Source: Lama glama (taxonomy: Eukaryota). Taken from it: 64,000 nucleotides of DNA. Each line of letters opens with the position of its first letter. The stretch's first letter is position 1. The notes under the pieces were generated by a model. The model searched no databases. It was given only the letters and a program-made list of their open reading frames with translations, and was not told the origin of the DNA. Below, piece by piece: positions 26,310 through 38,894 of the stretch. Position numbers and translations under genes: made by a program. The stretch is from the NCBI GenBank assembly GCA_028534125.1, contig CM052816.1:97156001-97220000 (forward strand). The letters run 5' to 3'.

Positions 26310-27667
26310 CTTGGGGTGAGAAAGGAAGTGCTACACCTGGTGCATACACCCGCCCTCCATCCTGCTCCGCCCCCCAAGAAGTCCTCCTCGCTAAGCATCG
26401 CACAATCACCCTCCATGGCTTCCGCCCTCAGTCCTTCAGCGTGACTGGTATTCAGTGTCACAAGCTGCTTCAGCTGAGTGATTTTTTTCCAGACAGCAAG
26501 ACTTATCTGTAATTGAAACTTAGGAACAAATAATAGCCATTTTAAAGGCCATTTTAATAAAGTTAATTCTTAAACAGAATACGCTGATCTGTTTCAATGC
26601 TTTCTTGATGGTTGTGTTTTTTCCTAAAGTGATGGCTGCAGAGAAGGGGCTGTTTTTGGATGCTAAATGGCCTCGAATATCCACGGTGTTCTTTGCTTGA
26701 ACACAGCGTTCTTTGTACACCATTTTTTTTCCTACCTTTCCCTGTGCCACCCCCTGCCCCACCACCTCAGAATTCTTCCTGCTTGCCACACATCTGTCTC
26801 CAGATCAACTGTCAAGTGAGCTGGAAGTTTGTCTCCAAGGATGAAACTGAGGTTTTAGGGAGGCTGTTGTGACTAAACAGCCATAAACTTGATCTCGTGG
26901 ATTTTGTGACACTGGTTTTGACAATTCAGGGGTGTTTCTTGCTGATATCTGCACTATTTACCAAGCCCGTGATTTCAAGGAAGTTATATAACCCCTCAGA
27001 GCTTCAGTTTTTTAATCTGTGAATAGCAATAATACTCAGTTGGCAGGAATTTGAAAAAGGGTGAAAAATGAGAGCCCTAAGCCCCCTGCTCTGGTGCAAC
27101 ATGTGGCGTGAAAAGGGTAAAAGACAGCCACTGTCTGCATGGGCGGGATGGTCTTCCAGGTCAGGAAGGTTTTCACTGTATCAAAGTTAGCATGTCTGCA
27201 CAGAACGTACTCACACAAATGTATATGTGATATTTAGCTGTTAATCTTTTAGAAATGTCTGCTTTCCCTTTTTCTTATCTTTTCGTCTTACTTTACCTCT
27301 ATAGATTTTTATCATCTGAAGCCCTGAGAAAAATCTTTACCTTTCTTTAATTTCTCAACTGTCAGTCAGGACCCATAGTGGACTTTCAGAAGCATCACGG
27401 ACCAACATACACATTGATTAACACTGACTAACATACACAGCCTCGTGATACAGACAATACCCCTGTCATATAAACAAGCAATTCATGTCGACTGTTTCTT
27501 TAATGAATATTTGAGTTCATAGCTACAAAACGTACATGCATTTATTTAGAGGCAAAGATTAGCGAAGAATTACTCCTGACTGGAAACACTTTTCCATGCC
27601 AGTAATTTGTCCCTTTCCCTTTTAATCATGGAAGTCATAAGCTAATTATAGATTCAACAAGACTGAC

Positions 27668-27800
27668 CTTGGGGTTGATTACAAAGTAGGTCTTCACCAG
27701 GTGCTGCTTTAAATATGGGTCCCTGATGTCGCCATCTCCTTCCTCCACTTTGTAAGCCCCATTCAAGTGTTCCAGGGTGACCGAAGAAATGTGAACACGT
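27668..27800 (-). CDS. ADCY2: Adenylate cyclase 2, exon 9 (133 bp), end of C1a
   Basis: tttcag|A CGT GTT ... CCC AAG|gtcagt. Encodes (G)RVHISSVTLEHLNGAYKVEEGDGDIRDPYLKQHLVKTYFVINPK. Confidence 0.97.
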
Positions 27801-28394
27801 CTGAAATTCCATTTTAAAACCACGATCAAGACCGAGAGGAAGGAACGTGCAGGAAGATATTCTACTTATTTGTGTTTTCAGAAAGGATCTCTCCTTCCCC
27901 AAGTGAAGGAAAGGTTACGTGTTCTTGGTAAAACTGACTATAATTAAGGCTTACAGTCCCTTAGCCACTGCGTTGGAAATATGCTCCCAGATGCCACTCG
28001 CTACATATACTGGGAGCTTCTCTGCACTCGCAGAAACCCACATGGCGAGTTACAGCAAATAAAACCTGATCATAGCAAATTTGGGGGTATGAGGGTATTT
28101 TTTTCAAATGCATGCCAAAGTCATCTTAGGAAGTGTGCAGATCCATATAAAAGAATGGGCTTTCTTTCTTTTCCCTTATTTTTATGCTTCTGTAAATCAT
28201 AGCACCTGCATCAAGATTCCATCTATCCAGGTGGTACAGTCTGCTTATTTTAATAGAACTGGTTTCAGAGGTTATCAGCAATAGAGAGAAATGGCATTTC
28301 TGCACTGCACTATGAAACATCTTTAACTGAGGTCTCTATTTGCAAATATGCAAGTAAGTGAAAGTCTGTAGTTAAGATCTGATATCCGCATTCT

Positions 28395-28448
28395 CTGGCC
28401 GCGGGTCACGGGGGTGGTGGACTGGCTGTGGGTCACGGGGGTGGTGGA
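28395..28448. repeat. 27-bp tandem duplication in intron 8
   Basis: ctggccgcgggtcacgggggtggtgga followed directly by ctggctgtgggtcacgggggtggtgga. Confidence 0.95.
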
Positions 28449-28609
28449 GCCGGGGCTTGAGTTCATGTTCCTCTGGTTAATGTAACAGCCCACTGGGCAA
28501 GAGTGCCCTGGTGCTAGCCGACCAAGGCAAGGGAGATCTCCGAGCCCTGAGCAGTTACCAACCTGTCCGCCTATTATTCCTAACCCAGAAAGCCAGCATC
28601 CCGCCTTAC

Positions 28610-28768
28610 CCAGGGACCCCTCCGGCCTCCATGTGATTGGCCAGGGTGACGTCGTGGGACCACACGTCGTACTGCCACTTCTGCAGACCGATCACGCCGC
28701 AGAGGACGTTCCCGGAATGCACGCCCACACGCATGTTGATGTCAACTCCGGTGGCGTCCCTCACTTTC
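28610..28768 (-). CDS. ADCY2: Adenylate cyclase 2, exon 8 (159 bp), C1a
   Basis: ttttag|G AAA GTG AGG ... CCT GG|gtaagg. Encodes (K)[52 protein letters not shown](G). Read manually; the ORF track does not list this frame. Confidence 0.97.
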
Positions 28769-30546
28769 CTAAAAAGAAGGAAATCCCATCACCCTCTAGG
28801 CGCAGCCTCTTCTTCCATTAATTCTTGGTCAATTTCCCAGGCATTTTCTTATTCAGAATTTCTCAGACCGTCGGAAATACTGTTATGAAGTTCCCCCGCG
28901 GCAGAGGATCGCTGCTCTGAGCCTAGAGGAAGGGCCTTCCTCTCTGGCTACCACCCGTCTAAACCATGAGTGCCAAGTTCCGCCTGCTAAGGCATCAGGC
29001 CGGCCGTGTCCATGGCGCAGCATTTTGGTCGTAACTTCTAGTTTTTCAACCAACATGTATCAAGCACCGATCACGTGCTGACACCTCCTTGGAATTTTCC
29101 TAGTGGACCCGTGTGTACTGCCTTGAACTGTGAGAAACCTTATTTGTTACTTGCCTTGTACGTCAACAAACAATCTTAGATGCCACTTGCAATTCTAGTG
29201 CTTAGCATGACCTACATCCCCAGTGAATACGTTCTGTTGGTGACGGACAATACAGCTTATCTGTGAGCTTAATAATGACTTAGCCTGAATGGAAAATTTT
29301 AAAAAATAACCCGGAGATTAAAGCTTTTCAATTGTGCACATTCTTTAACAAAACAAGAGGAGAATAAAAACCTCTTAAAAGCTTTAATCATGCATAAGGT
29401 ATCATTCAAAAGAAACTAATTTTTAAAAATCATTTAAAAGCGACTTTGGGACCCTGTCACCAATTTATTAAAAGAGACAAATGAAGGACTTCCTTTAAGG
29501 GAAAATGGCAATGCTTGGCGACACTTACTTGTTTTTGGCAGATAGATGCATTTATCAATTAAAATATTATGGTAAAAGAAGAGTGCAGGAAAGTGTCCTT
29601 AGTTACATGGAGAGAACCACCCCCAGAGGAAGCGTGGGGGAAAACAGTGATGCTGACTGCTCCCCGCGAGGAGGTGGGGCTGCAGAAAACGACCCTGGAA
29701 CTTCCCAGAATGACACAGGCATGCAAGTCATGCCTAAATGATGAAGAGCCACCAGCTGAGCATTCTACTGAGAAAAAGAACGGGTCTATGATGTAAAAAT
29801 AAGTGAGCTCCTGAAATATGGGCATAGAAGGTTGTTTCTTTCCCTTTGCATCCCTTCCTCCCTATCTTCCTTTTCTGTTTTTTTTTCCTCCATAAAAAAG
29901 ACAACAATTCTAGTTGAGGCACTTTGAAAATTGTCCAGACCCTTCATTCTTGCTCACGAGAGGAGCATCAACACAACACAGGAGACCTGGGCTGCCCCCC
30001 CACCTGCCCCCCAACCCCCGCGGTGAGCGCTGCCCTGTCGGGTACTGCCTGCTCCTCCCCTCTGCGCTTCTGCTCACACCGCGTCCTCCCTGCGCCGCAC
30101 TCCCCTGAGCCTCCCTTCCCAGACCGGCCCGGGGCCTCAGGCCAGTTTGCCTGGTTCTCCCATCCGTGACTGAGGCACGACCTCATCCAAGAAGGCTTTC
30201 CAGTCTCTCCCTCCCGGCTGAGGTGGGCGTCCCTCCTACACGCTCCGACCCCTCCGAGTACAGTCAGCGCTCCCTGCTGCTGTCCACGTCTGCTCTGAGA
30301 GTGTCAGCCCGAGAGGACGCAGACCTTTGCCTGAGGGGTCTGGCTACCCATCAGCGGGTTCATTCAGGACCTGGTGCAACACAGACACTTCATACAAGTT
30401 TATTAATTGACCCAAGTCAGTTTTGAAGGATTTACTGTGTTTCTGTCTTTGGGAGATGATGATCCTGAAAAAATTGTTGCAGAACATTACTATGTTCTTA
30501 AGATTTTACGTCATTGAGAGAGAACAGTTCCAGCCACATGGCATTT

Positions 30547-30672
30547 GTTTTTTTTGGGGGGGAGGGGTAATTAGGCTTATTTATTTATTTATTTAACAAA
30601 GGTACTGGGGATCGAACCCAGGACCTCATGCATGCTGTGCATGTGCTCTACTGCTGAGCTATACCCTCTCCC
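30547..30672 (-). mobile_element. tRNA-Ala-derived SINE, camelid Vic-1 type
   Basis: Minus strand reads GGGTATAGCTCAGCAGTAGAGC...GGTCCTGGGTTCGATCCCCAGTACC (A and B boxes), then (TAAA)n-CCTAATTACC and an A tail. TSD catggcattt at 30537-30546 and 30677-30686. Confidence 0.88.
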
Positions 30673-31639
30673 CACCCATGGCATTTCTTTTTATCAAAAC
30701 ATGATCATTGGAGAGCCAAGAGGGAATAACAAGGGAAAACAAAGCCCTCTACAGCTGGCCATTGAGACAGAATAGACTGGTTAATGATTCAACTCTTTAA
30801 AACAATCTCCATGTGCTTCGTGTCTTTTTTTAGAAAAATGAGTTGATCAAAGGTTCAGATGAACTGACTGATTAAATGACTTAACGCACATAGATGGCAG
30901 CCTGTGATCTATAGAAAAATGTTGGAATAACTGCTAAGAGCTTGCAACAATAGTAGCCAGCCTTCCTAGTTTTAAGGGGAGCTTTAAACACTTACAAACC
31001 AGGGTCCTGAATATTCCTTCCTTGATTAAGGACAGTTCACATTTTCATGACAGGAAAAAAAAAAAAAAAGCCTCGCTAAGCGTCGGGAATATTCCCGAAG
31101 GGCAACGGACGGACGTGCTTCTGCAGAGCTGACTCAGCTAACGGGGAACGGGGCAGCGGGTGAATGTGGAGGTCCCAACACGGCGGGACAAACACAGGCA
31201 AGGGTTCCTGGACCTACGCTGACAGTTCTTACAAAACACCCAAGATAATCTGGAAAAATTCCAAGTGCCAATTGCATGCTTTCTCTGCATCAGCTTGAAA
31301 AATAAACTTCCTGTGTTCATGCTCATCTGTGGCTGAATAAATGGGGCTGGAACTGCTCATCTCTGGATGTGAGAGAGAACAAAGAAGTTTGAAATCTGCT
31401 GAGATGCTCTCTCTTTCTCTTTTAATGGAGGTGCAGCAAGACACCCTACTATTGATCACCTTGCCAACTGTGCATGAGCCGAACAGGGGATATACTACAA
31501 CGGACGCAGAAGCCTCTGGTCAAGGATTGGGACACATGGCCATTACATTTGAAGCTTCAGTTCAGGTATAAGAAAGAGTTCTGGGAGTTTGCTCAACGCT
31601 GCTGGCATCACTGAGATGCTGGACACATGAGACATCACT

Positions 31640-32071
31640 GATGCATCTAACATAAATGGATAAAGAAGGTGGTACATACATACAACGGAGTATGATTCCA
31701 TCACTTAGAGGAATGAAGTATGAACACAAACCACAGCATGAATGAACCTCAAAAACATCATAGCAAGTGAAATAAGCCCGACACAAAAGGACAAATATCG
31801 TGCGATTCCACTTACATGGACCATCAGAACAGGCACACTTGCAGAGGCAGAGAGTCAAACAGAAGTTACCAGGGGCTGAGAGGAAGGGGATGGGCACTTG
31901 CTGTTTAATGAGCAGAGCTTCTGTTTGGGATGATGAGAAGGTTCTGGAAGAGCAGACAGTGCTGATGGTGGTATGACATTTTGAATGTGCTTAATGCCAT
32001 CTAACTGTACATGTGAAAACGGTTCAAAGGGAAGTATTTATGGTATGTATATTTCACCACCATAAAAAAAA
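31640..32071 (+). mobile_element. L1MB-like 3' end
   Basis: aagtgaaataagcccgacacaaaaggacaaatat ... ttctgtttgggatgatgagaaggttctggaa ... tatttcaccaccataaaaaaa. Confidence 0.85.
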
Positions 32072-33647
32072 CGTAACGACAACAAAAGATACCACGGACG
32101 ACCTGATGACATGCCAGGGGACAGAATGTAAGGGGTCCTTCTCCTAAAGGCGCTTCAACATGCTGGGTTTACAGAAGCAACACAACCAGAAAACAGCTGA
32201 TTCCAAAGCAGACATTACGCTGCAGTAAAAGGGTGGATAGTTAAACCCAGTGCTACTGATGCAGAGAATCCCGCCTTTCACCAAACTCATTCGTGGAATC
32301 CACTTCATCTCACGTTGAAACCAACACTGAGGTTGCCTCCAGGGTGGGTTATAAATTTGAGAAAATCTGTTAGTTCTACTGATTGAATTCACTTACACCC
32401 AGACCCATGGTGCCGTGAACAGTTAATTCATTCTGAAATAGAGTTTAAAAGCCTTTTTTTATGTTTCAGAGAAGACAAGTTATTTACTTATGGGAAGAAG
32501 CAGGAATATTTCTTTTGAGAAGCTGAGGCCACCCTGACCCTCCCTCCCTTCTTGATTCTTTCTTCGACTCCTCTTTATTCATTTGCCTCCCACTCCCTGA
32601 TCTGTCCCACAGTGGCCTGTGACAAACGCTTAGGTCTGAGGGCCCCCCTGAGGCTGGGGGCTTCGTTATTCCTCCTGGGACAGCACTGGGAAACCCACCG
32701 ACCAACCGTTCAGTCCATCTCAGCACACGACCAACTTACACCGAGGGCTAAACACAGTGTCAACTGGATTTGTTGCTTTCTCACTTAAAGTCTCATTTAT
32801 TCTAACCCTGAGATAAGGAATTATAAGATCAAGCACACAATTTCTATCCTGTTTAGACCAAAAATATTGAGGGTAGCGGAAAATCACTTGACCAAAACTA
32901 GGCAATTAACTCCACCCCCTAAGCTGAAATCTTTCAGTCACACAACCAACAAACATGAGCTTTTATGCAAGCATATCCTGGCTTCTACAAAGGTATTATA
33001 AAGAAGTATGCATTATAGTACCAGCAATGAAAATGAACTGTTCCTCACATTTTTACCCTCTCTACTTGTCAACTGTAATGACAACATTATTCTTTGTAAG
33101 CAAGATCTTCTCTAGAATTAAAATCAAAGAAACCATAGATACAATGCAGAAAGCTATTATGGATATAGACTGAAACTGTGTTCACAGAGCTGAGCATGTT
33201 TGACTAGATGGAGTAATTCTGGACTGGATTTTGATATTAATTATAGTCTGATGGTAAAAACTTGCTCTTATGATTTGTGTGTAGCCCTATTACTTGCCAG
33301 AAATCAAGAGAGATGCTAAGAGTACAGCCTTTTTCCTAAAGATGGAAGAAGACGTTTAAATTTAAAAAAAAATCACCTTTGAAACAAATGAAATGAAATG
33401 AAACCTTCCCATAGGTTTCTAACTCAGTTTTGCTGTGACCTAAGGCTAATAATAACAAGATAAAACACTTACAGAAGTCTTACTTTGGACTGAGTTCTCA
33501 TGTGCAGTAAGTGAGTCTCCACACATTTTTATTTAAATGTATAATAGTGTATTTAGTGCCAGTAGACAGAAAAATAGAAACAGTTGTGAGAACCACAGCT
33601 AAAATTTACTCAACAGTTAGCACAGGTCTAACGAAGCACACACTTAC

Positions 33648-33775
33648 TTTATGGCTTCGCACATGTCCAGTCCCATTTTCACACAGTTCTTGGCGTGGTT
33701 AGGGAGGGAGATAGGGAGTCCGGACACACAGTAGTAGCAGTCTCCCAAAATCTTGATTCTCATGCATTCATTCTC
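33648..33775 (-). CDS. ADCY2: Adenylate cyclase 2, exon 7 (128 bp), C1a with the second metal-binding Asp (KILGDCY)
   Basis: ttccag|GAG AAT ... GCC ATA AA|gtaagt. Encodes [42 protein letters not shown](K). Confidence 0.98.
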
Positions 33776-34837
33776 CTGGAAGAAGAAGTCACAGAATCCC
33801 AGGTGCATTAAGCACTTACATAATGATTCCCCGTTTCCCAAACACCACCACGTGCCGGTGTCACCGGCACTGTCCCAGGGAATAGGGTCTGTAGGGCGAG
33901 AAAAAGGAGAACTAGTTGAGTTTCCTTTCATTACCCACCCAGACTGAGCCACCCTCGCCTGCATGCCCAGTTACCACAGCAGGGAGAGCAAGGGGAGCGA
34001 GCAGAAGGGGAAAGCTGACAGAGCGTTCCGGGATGAGTACACTGAACACTGCAGAGGCACGTGAAGATAGGACCAGTCTTTTTCATCCGAACATCCCCAG
34101 ATGTTGACAGTGAAATCAAACATTCGATGCAGAATAGGAAATGATCATCAGAACTCAACTGGAGTTAGAATCTGATGTCATTCCCCATCACAGTCACAGT
34201 TTTCTTCATTTCTTCTAAAGCTGAAGCACATTCTTACCTGCAGACATGTAGCTTCTGACAAACATCCCTACAATGTAATAAGCCGCCATTCAACATTGCC
34301 AAGAAGGTGAAAACTCAATTCTGATCTCAGGTGAAATCATCATTTGAATATAAAGTTAGGCTAACTCATTATTTTCCTTGGCTGGATTATATTTATATTA
34401 TAACCTTGAGGTTAACTTCATTCATGTGCATCAATCCTACTTCCATTTCTAACCTTTTCAACTAGCTTGTAGACTCTTCACTGCCATTAAAAATAGAGTA
34501 CAAAGATGTACTAAACACAGCTTTTCTTCCTTAACACTCACACAGGCTTGTGTATAAATTGAACAAATCTGAAATAATAAAATGAACATAAGAGCTTTCT
34601 GTTCTTTAGTATGTGTTAGGTTTACTGAAGGTCGTGCGTACTTCTTTCCCTGTCTCATAGAGAGCTCCTGGATTTTCACGCTTGTCCACAGCACTATAGG
34701 TGACGTGGTAGTAATTCCTGAGAACAACGTTTACATTATAAAAGGCAAAACACTGCCTACTAACAAGGCTTTCCTTCCCACACTTTCCTAAGTATGCATT
34801 CTGAGTCTAGAAAACAGGAAGATTAATAATAGTGAAT

Positions 34838-36421
34838 TCTTGGCACTCTTAGCAAAGATCAGTTGACTACATATGCATGGGTTTATTTCTGGTCTCCTTA
34901 TTCTGTTCCATTAGTCTATGTGTCTGTTTTTAATACTAGTATCATGCTGTTTTGATGGCTGTAGCTTTGCAATATATTTTGAAATCAGGAAGCATGATGC
35001 CTCTAGCTTTGTTCTTCTTGCTCAAAATTGCTTTGGATATTTGAAGTCTCTTGGGGTTCTGCATACATTTTAGGATTTTTTTCTGTTTCTGTAAAAAATA
35101 GGATTGGCACAGGTTTTTATTAGGGATTGCATTGAATCTGTAGGTGGCTTTGGGTATTGTGAACATTTTATTGATATTAATTCTTCCAACTCATGAACTT
35201 GAACTGTCTTTCTACTTATTTGTGTCTTTTTGGATTTCTTTCATCAATGTTTTATAGTTTTCACTGTATAAGTAATTCTTCTGTTTTTATTCTTAAGTAT
35301 TTTATTCTTTTTGGTGATAACATAAATGGAATTATTTTCTTGATGTCCTTTTGAGATACTTCATTCATAGAAACTGTGTTCGTAGAAACACAATTAATTT
35401 TTGTACGATGGCTTTGTATACTGCAACTTACTGAATTTAATTATTTGTTCTAACAGATTTTTGTGGACTTTTTAGGGTTTTCTATATATAAGGTCATGTC
35501 ATCTGAAAATAGAGATGATGGTACTCCTTCTCTTCTTATTTGAATGTTTTCATTTCTTTTTCTTGCCTAATTGCTCTGTCTAGGACTTCGACTACTACGT
35601 TGAACAGAAGTGGTGAGTGCAGGTATCCTTGTCTTGTTCCCAATTTTAGAGGGAAAGTTTTCAGTTTTTCCCCAGCAAGTATAATGTTCGCTGTGGACTT
35701 TACATAAATGGTTTTATTGTGTTGATGTAAGTTCCTTATTAGTTGAGAGTTTTTATCATAAAAGGGCATTTAACTTTGTCAAATGCTCCTTCTGCATCTA
35801 TTGATTGAGATGATCATAAGATTTTTATCTTTTATTCTGTTAATATGGTATACATCATTCATCAATTTGCTACGTTACCCAACTTGCATCCCAGGGATAA
35901 ATCCCATTTGGTCAAAATGTGTGATATTTTTAATGGCTGTGGAATTTGACTTGCTAAGTGAAATAATCCAGATACAGAATGACAAATACTATGTGGTACC
36001 ACTTGGAGGAATCTAAATTGGTCAAACACAGAAGCAGAGAGTAGAGTAGTGGGGGCCAGGTCTGGGGAAGGGAAAGCGGGGAGGTGTTGGTCAAGGGTAC
36101 AAAATTTCAGTTATGCACGATGCGTTAAGTCCTAGAGATCTGCTATATGTACAGCATGGTGTATGTAGTTAATAATACTACACTGTAGACCTAAACCTTG
36201 ACTAAGAATGTAGAGCATATGTTAAGTGTTTTAATCACAAAATGATAACGATAATAATTATAAAAAGGGCAAAAGGAAACTTTTGTAGGTGATAGATATG
36301 CTTATGGTGTAGATTGTAGTTGATGGTTTCGTGGGTATATCCCTAAGCTCAATAAGTTGTGTATATATTAAATACGTCCAGCTTCTTCTATGTCAATTAC
36401 ACCTCATTAAAGTGGTTAAAA
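34838..36421 (+). mobile_element. L1 (L1MA-like) with a 5' inversion: antisense ORF2 piece 34838-35956 and sense 3'UTR 35952-36421
   Basis: Minus-strand ORFs give ORF2-like peptides ([10 protein letters not shown]...[32 protein letters not shown]). A sense 3' end follows. Degenerate TSD aataatagtgaat / aatgacagtgaat. Confidence 0.85.
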
Positions 36422-37003
36422 AATGACAGTGAATGAGTAATGATGCTGAGTCCCTTAACCTAAAGTCATGTGCTTTATGTAGTATTCATTTGGTGGACTG
36501 AGCTATCTGTTTGCTTACGATGCCTTCCAACTCCATGGTCTTGAATTATGAGCCATGAACTGATATCCAAAGCATGCTGCTCCCAGAGATCAACAATGGA
36601 TGGACCAAGAGGATGCTTCTTCCTAACGTGAGCAGGCAGTCCAACAAAAATGACCTTTTATTAACTCAAACTTTCAAGACATTATTTAAGTTTTTTTCCC
36701 TAAAGATGAGTATCCCCAAAACTCAACCTCTTCCTTCGGTTTGGTAAAGGAAGGAAACAGAGCTGTATTCTTAATGATCTTTTAAAAATCCCCAGTGAGA
36801 TCTGTCCTGGTCATCTGGGCATAATGCACCTCACGGGGAGCTTGACTGAAGAGTGACTCTGCAAACACCTGCAAGCCAGATTTATCCTGAAAAGGCTCAG
36901 CTGGAATGTTCTATATTGTTTAACAGTGAGTGAAACCTCATGATGAATTAAACTTAGAACTAACGCTTCCTCGTGCAAATAATGCATATTAATAAGAATA
37001 ATA

Positions 37004-37112
37004 GATGCTTGGGGTTTTTGCACATGAGCTGCCCATTCTTCTTGCTTGGTTGGCCCTGCAATAAACCTTTCTCTGCTAAAAAAAAAAAGAAAGAAAGAAA
37101 AGAAAAAAAAGC
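37004..37112 (+). mobile_element. Polyadenylated fragment resembling an ERV LTR R region
   Basis: catgagctgcccattcttcttgcttggttggccctgc-AATAAA (37060-37065), then 12 nt, then an A-rich tail from 37078. Confidence 0.5.
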
Positions 37113-37883
37113 ATAAAAACATAATAAAGTATTTTTTTGTATTTTTGTTGGGGATAATTCAAAAACAAAATTAAGCTGACCAGAGATGTTTCCTAAGACA
37201 GAAGCAGAGGGCTAGCAAAAAAGAACAAGAGTATCAACGTTCCCACCAGAACCCTAACAGTTCCAATAAATAAGTCCAGAATAAGGTCTAGTATGGTCTT
37301 AGGTCAGTTGTCATCATTCCCTCTCTGTGAACTGCCCATAAATGAGCATATGAATGGCAGATACTGAACTTATGTTTCTGTGTAAGCAGTGCAAGGGTCA
37401 GTGGAGAAAACCGACACAACAGTAAATAAAGGGCTTAGGGAGAAGCTATGCATCTTATATCAGAGATTTTCCCAGGATGTTGCTTAGCACTATGAATATG
37501 TGACGGTTTTAACTGGAGAGGAAACCATGTTTCCAACTCCTTGACATCAAAATGCCTAAAAAGACAACCTTAGAACAGCAGAGTGCAAAGACATGCAAAT
37601 CAAATCTTGTCATGTTGAAGGTATTTATTATTTGTCTGCTGAATTATACATAAGTGGAAGATTTAAAAATAGATGAAAACATATGCTAATAATATGCTGC
37701 AGCATTTCTCATTCCCAAGGCAGGTTTGAGACTTGTCAGGGTTCAATGGCAAATAAATCCAACAAATTTACAAACAACGTTCCTAAAGGATGCTTTTACG
37801 AAGAGGTAAAAAATTTGTAACGGACCACAGAAAAAGTAAACCAAGATTTTTGTATAAAATAGAAGGCCATCACTAATACTCAC

Positions 37884-37995
37884 CTTTGCAATTTGATCGA
37901 ATTTTCCAAAGAGTTCATTCAGCATGTGGACTAGTTCTCCCGGGGAGCAATCACTGGCCAGCCGGGTGAACCCAACAATGTCCGCGTAGAGGATG
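37884..37995 (-). CDS. ADCY2: Adenylate cyclase 2, exon 6 (112 bp), C1a with the first metal-binding Asp (ADIVGF)
   Basis: ccacag|C ATC CTC ... GCA AAG|gtgagt. Encodes (S)[37 protein letters not shown]. Confidence 0.98.
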
Positions 37996-38894
37996 CTGTG
38001 GGAATGAACAGATGGATGCGGTATTTGCAAGTTGACATTTGTTAAGCAAGTAATGGTAGTTTTTCCCATTAAAAAAGTGTAATATCTTTATACTCTCTCT
38101 CTCTATATATTTTTGTAAGAAAAATGTCATTTCCCTGGGTAGGGAATATACAGACATTTTTCTAAACTTCCCCACCACTAAGCATTTTTTTAAGTTAAAT
38201 TTTTCTAATTAAAATTGGGGAAGACAAAGTCGCGCAGTGCACTTTTTCTACTCTAGTCCACTCCTACTGATCACCTTTCTTCTCTCGGGGTCGAGGTCGG
38301 GGTCAGGGTCGCGGCTGCCCCACCACCCCCCGCCCGGTTTTTGTAGTCTTCATCCTGACAGTGCATTACAGTCATAATTCTGAGATCAAATAGGGATCTT
38401 CTATTTGAATCATTACATGACTTTACATAAGAGTCCCCTTAAGTAAAAGAAGTAAAGTCATAAAAGTCAAATCCTGTTTTTATTGATTCGAAGAAAAAAT
38501 TCTGGGTTACTTACTCCCTGCTGGGAGGGCAGATACAGCACGTCTTCCTAAAGTTCAGAGTTTAGTTGGGGTGATGCATCAAACAAATAAGGACACCAAC
38601 TGACGTCCGCTGAAAATGAGTGCCAGAGCAGAAGACAGCAGAGAGCCACGAGCCAGAACAGTGGGCGGTGAGGGGCCTGGACGGTCACTTAGGAAAGGAC
38701 AGTGCCACTTCCCTTCGTGGGAGGGACAGGCTGGCGGGGCAGGTGTGAGGTTCCTAGAGTTCTGCACGTGCTCAGCTAACCTTGAGGGGTTGGGGCAGAG
38801 AAACACAGCCCCAGTTTGTGCGTGACAGCTTTGCGAACATGATAACCTGTTTATGATTTGTTGGAAGATGGTTTAAGATGGTCTGTGAGACAAA

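Noticed and set aside
25980..26444. Plus-strand ORFs overlapping exons 10, 8 and 5 (also 28633-28888 and 43913-44254)
   Set aside because: Antisense shadows of GC-rich coding exons; no independent evidence for an antisense gene.
30600..30672. tRNA-Ala-like sequence on the minus strand (also 43096-43166)
   Set aside because: Followed by a SINE-specific tail and poly(A), flanked by TSDs and carrying mismatched stems. These are SINEs, not tRNA genes.
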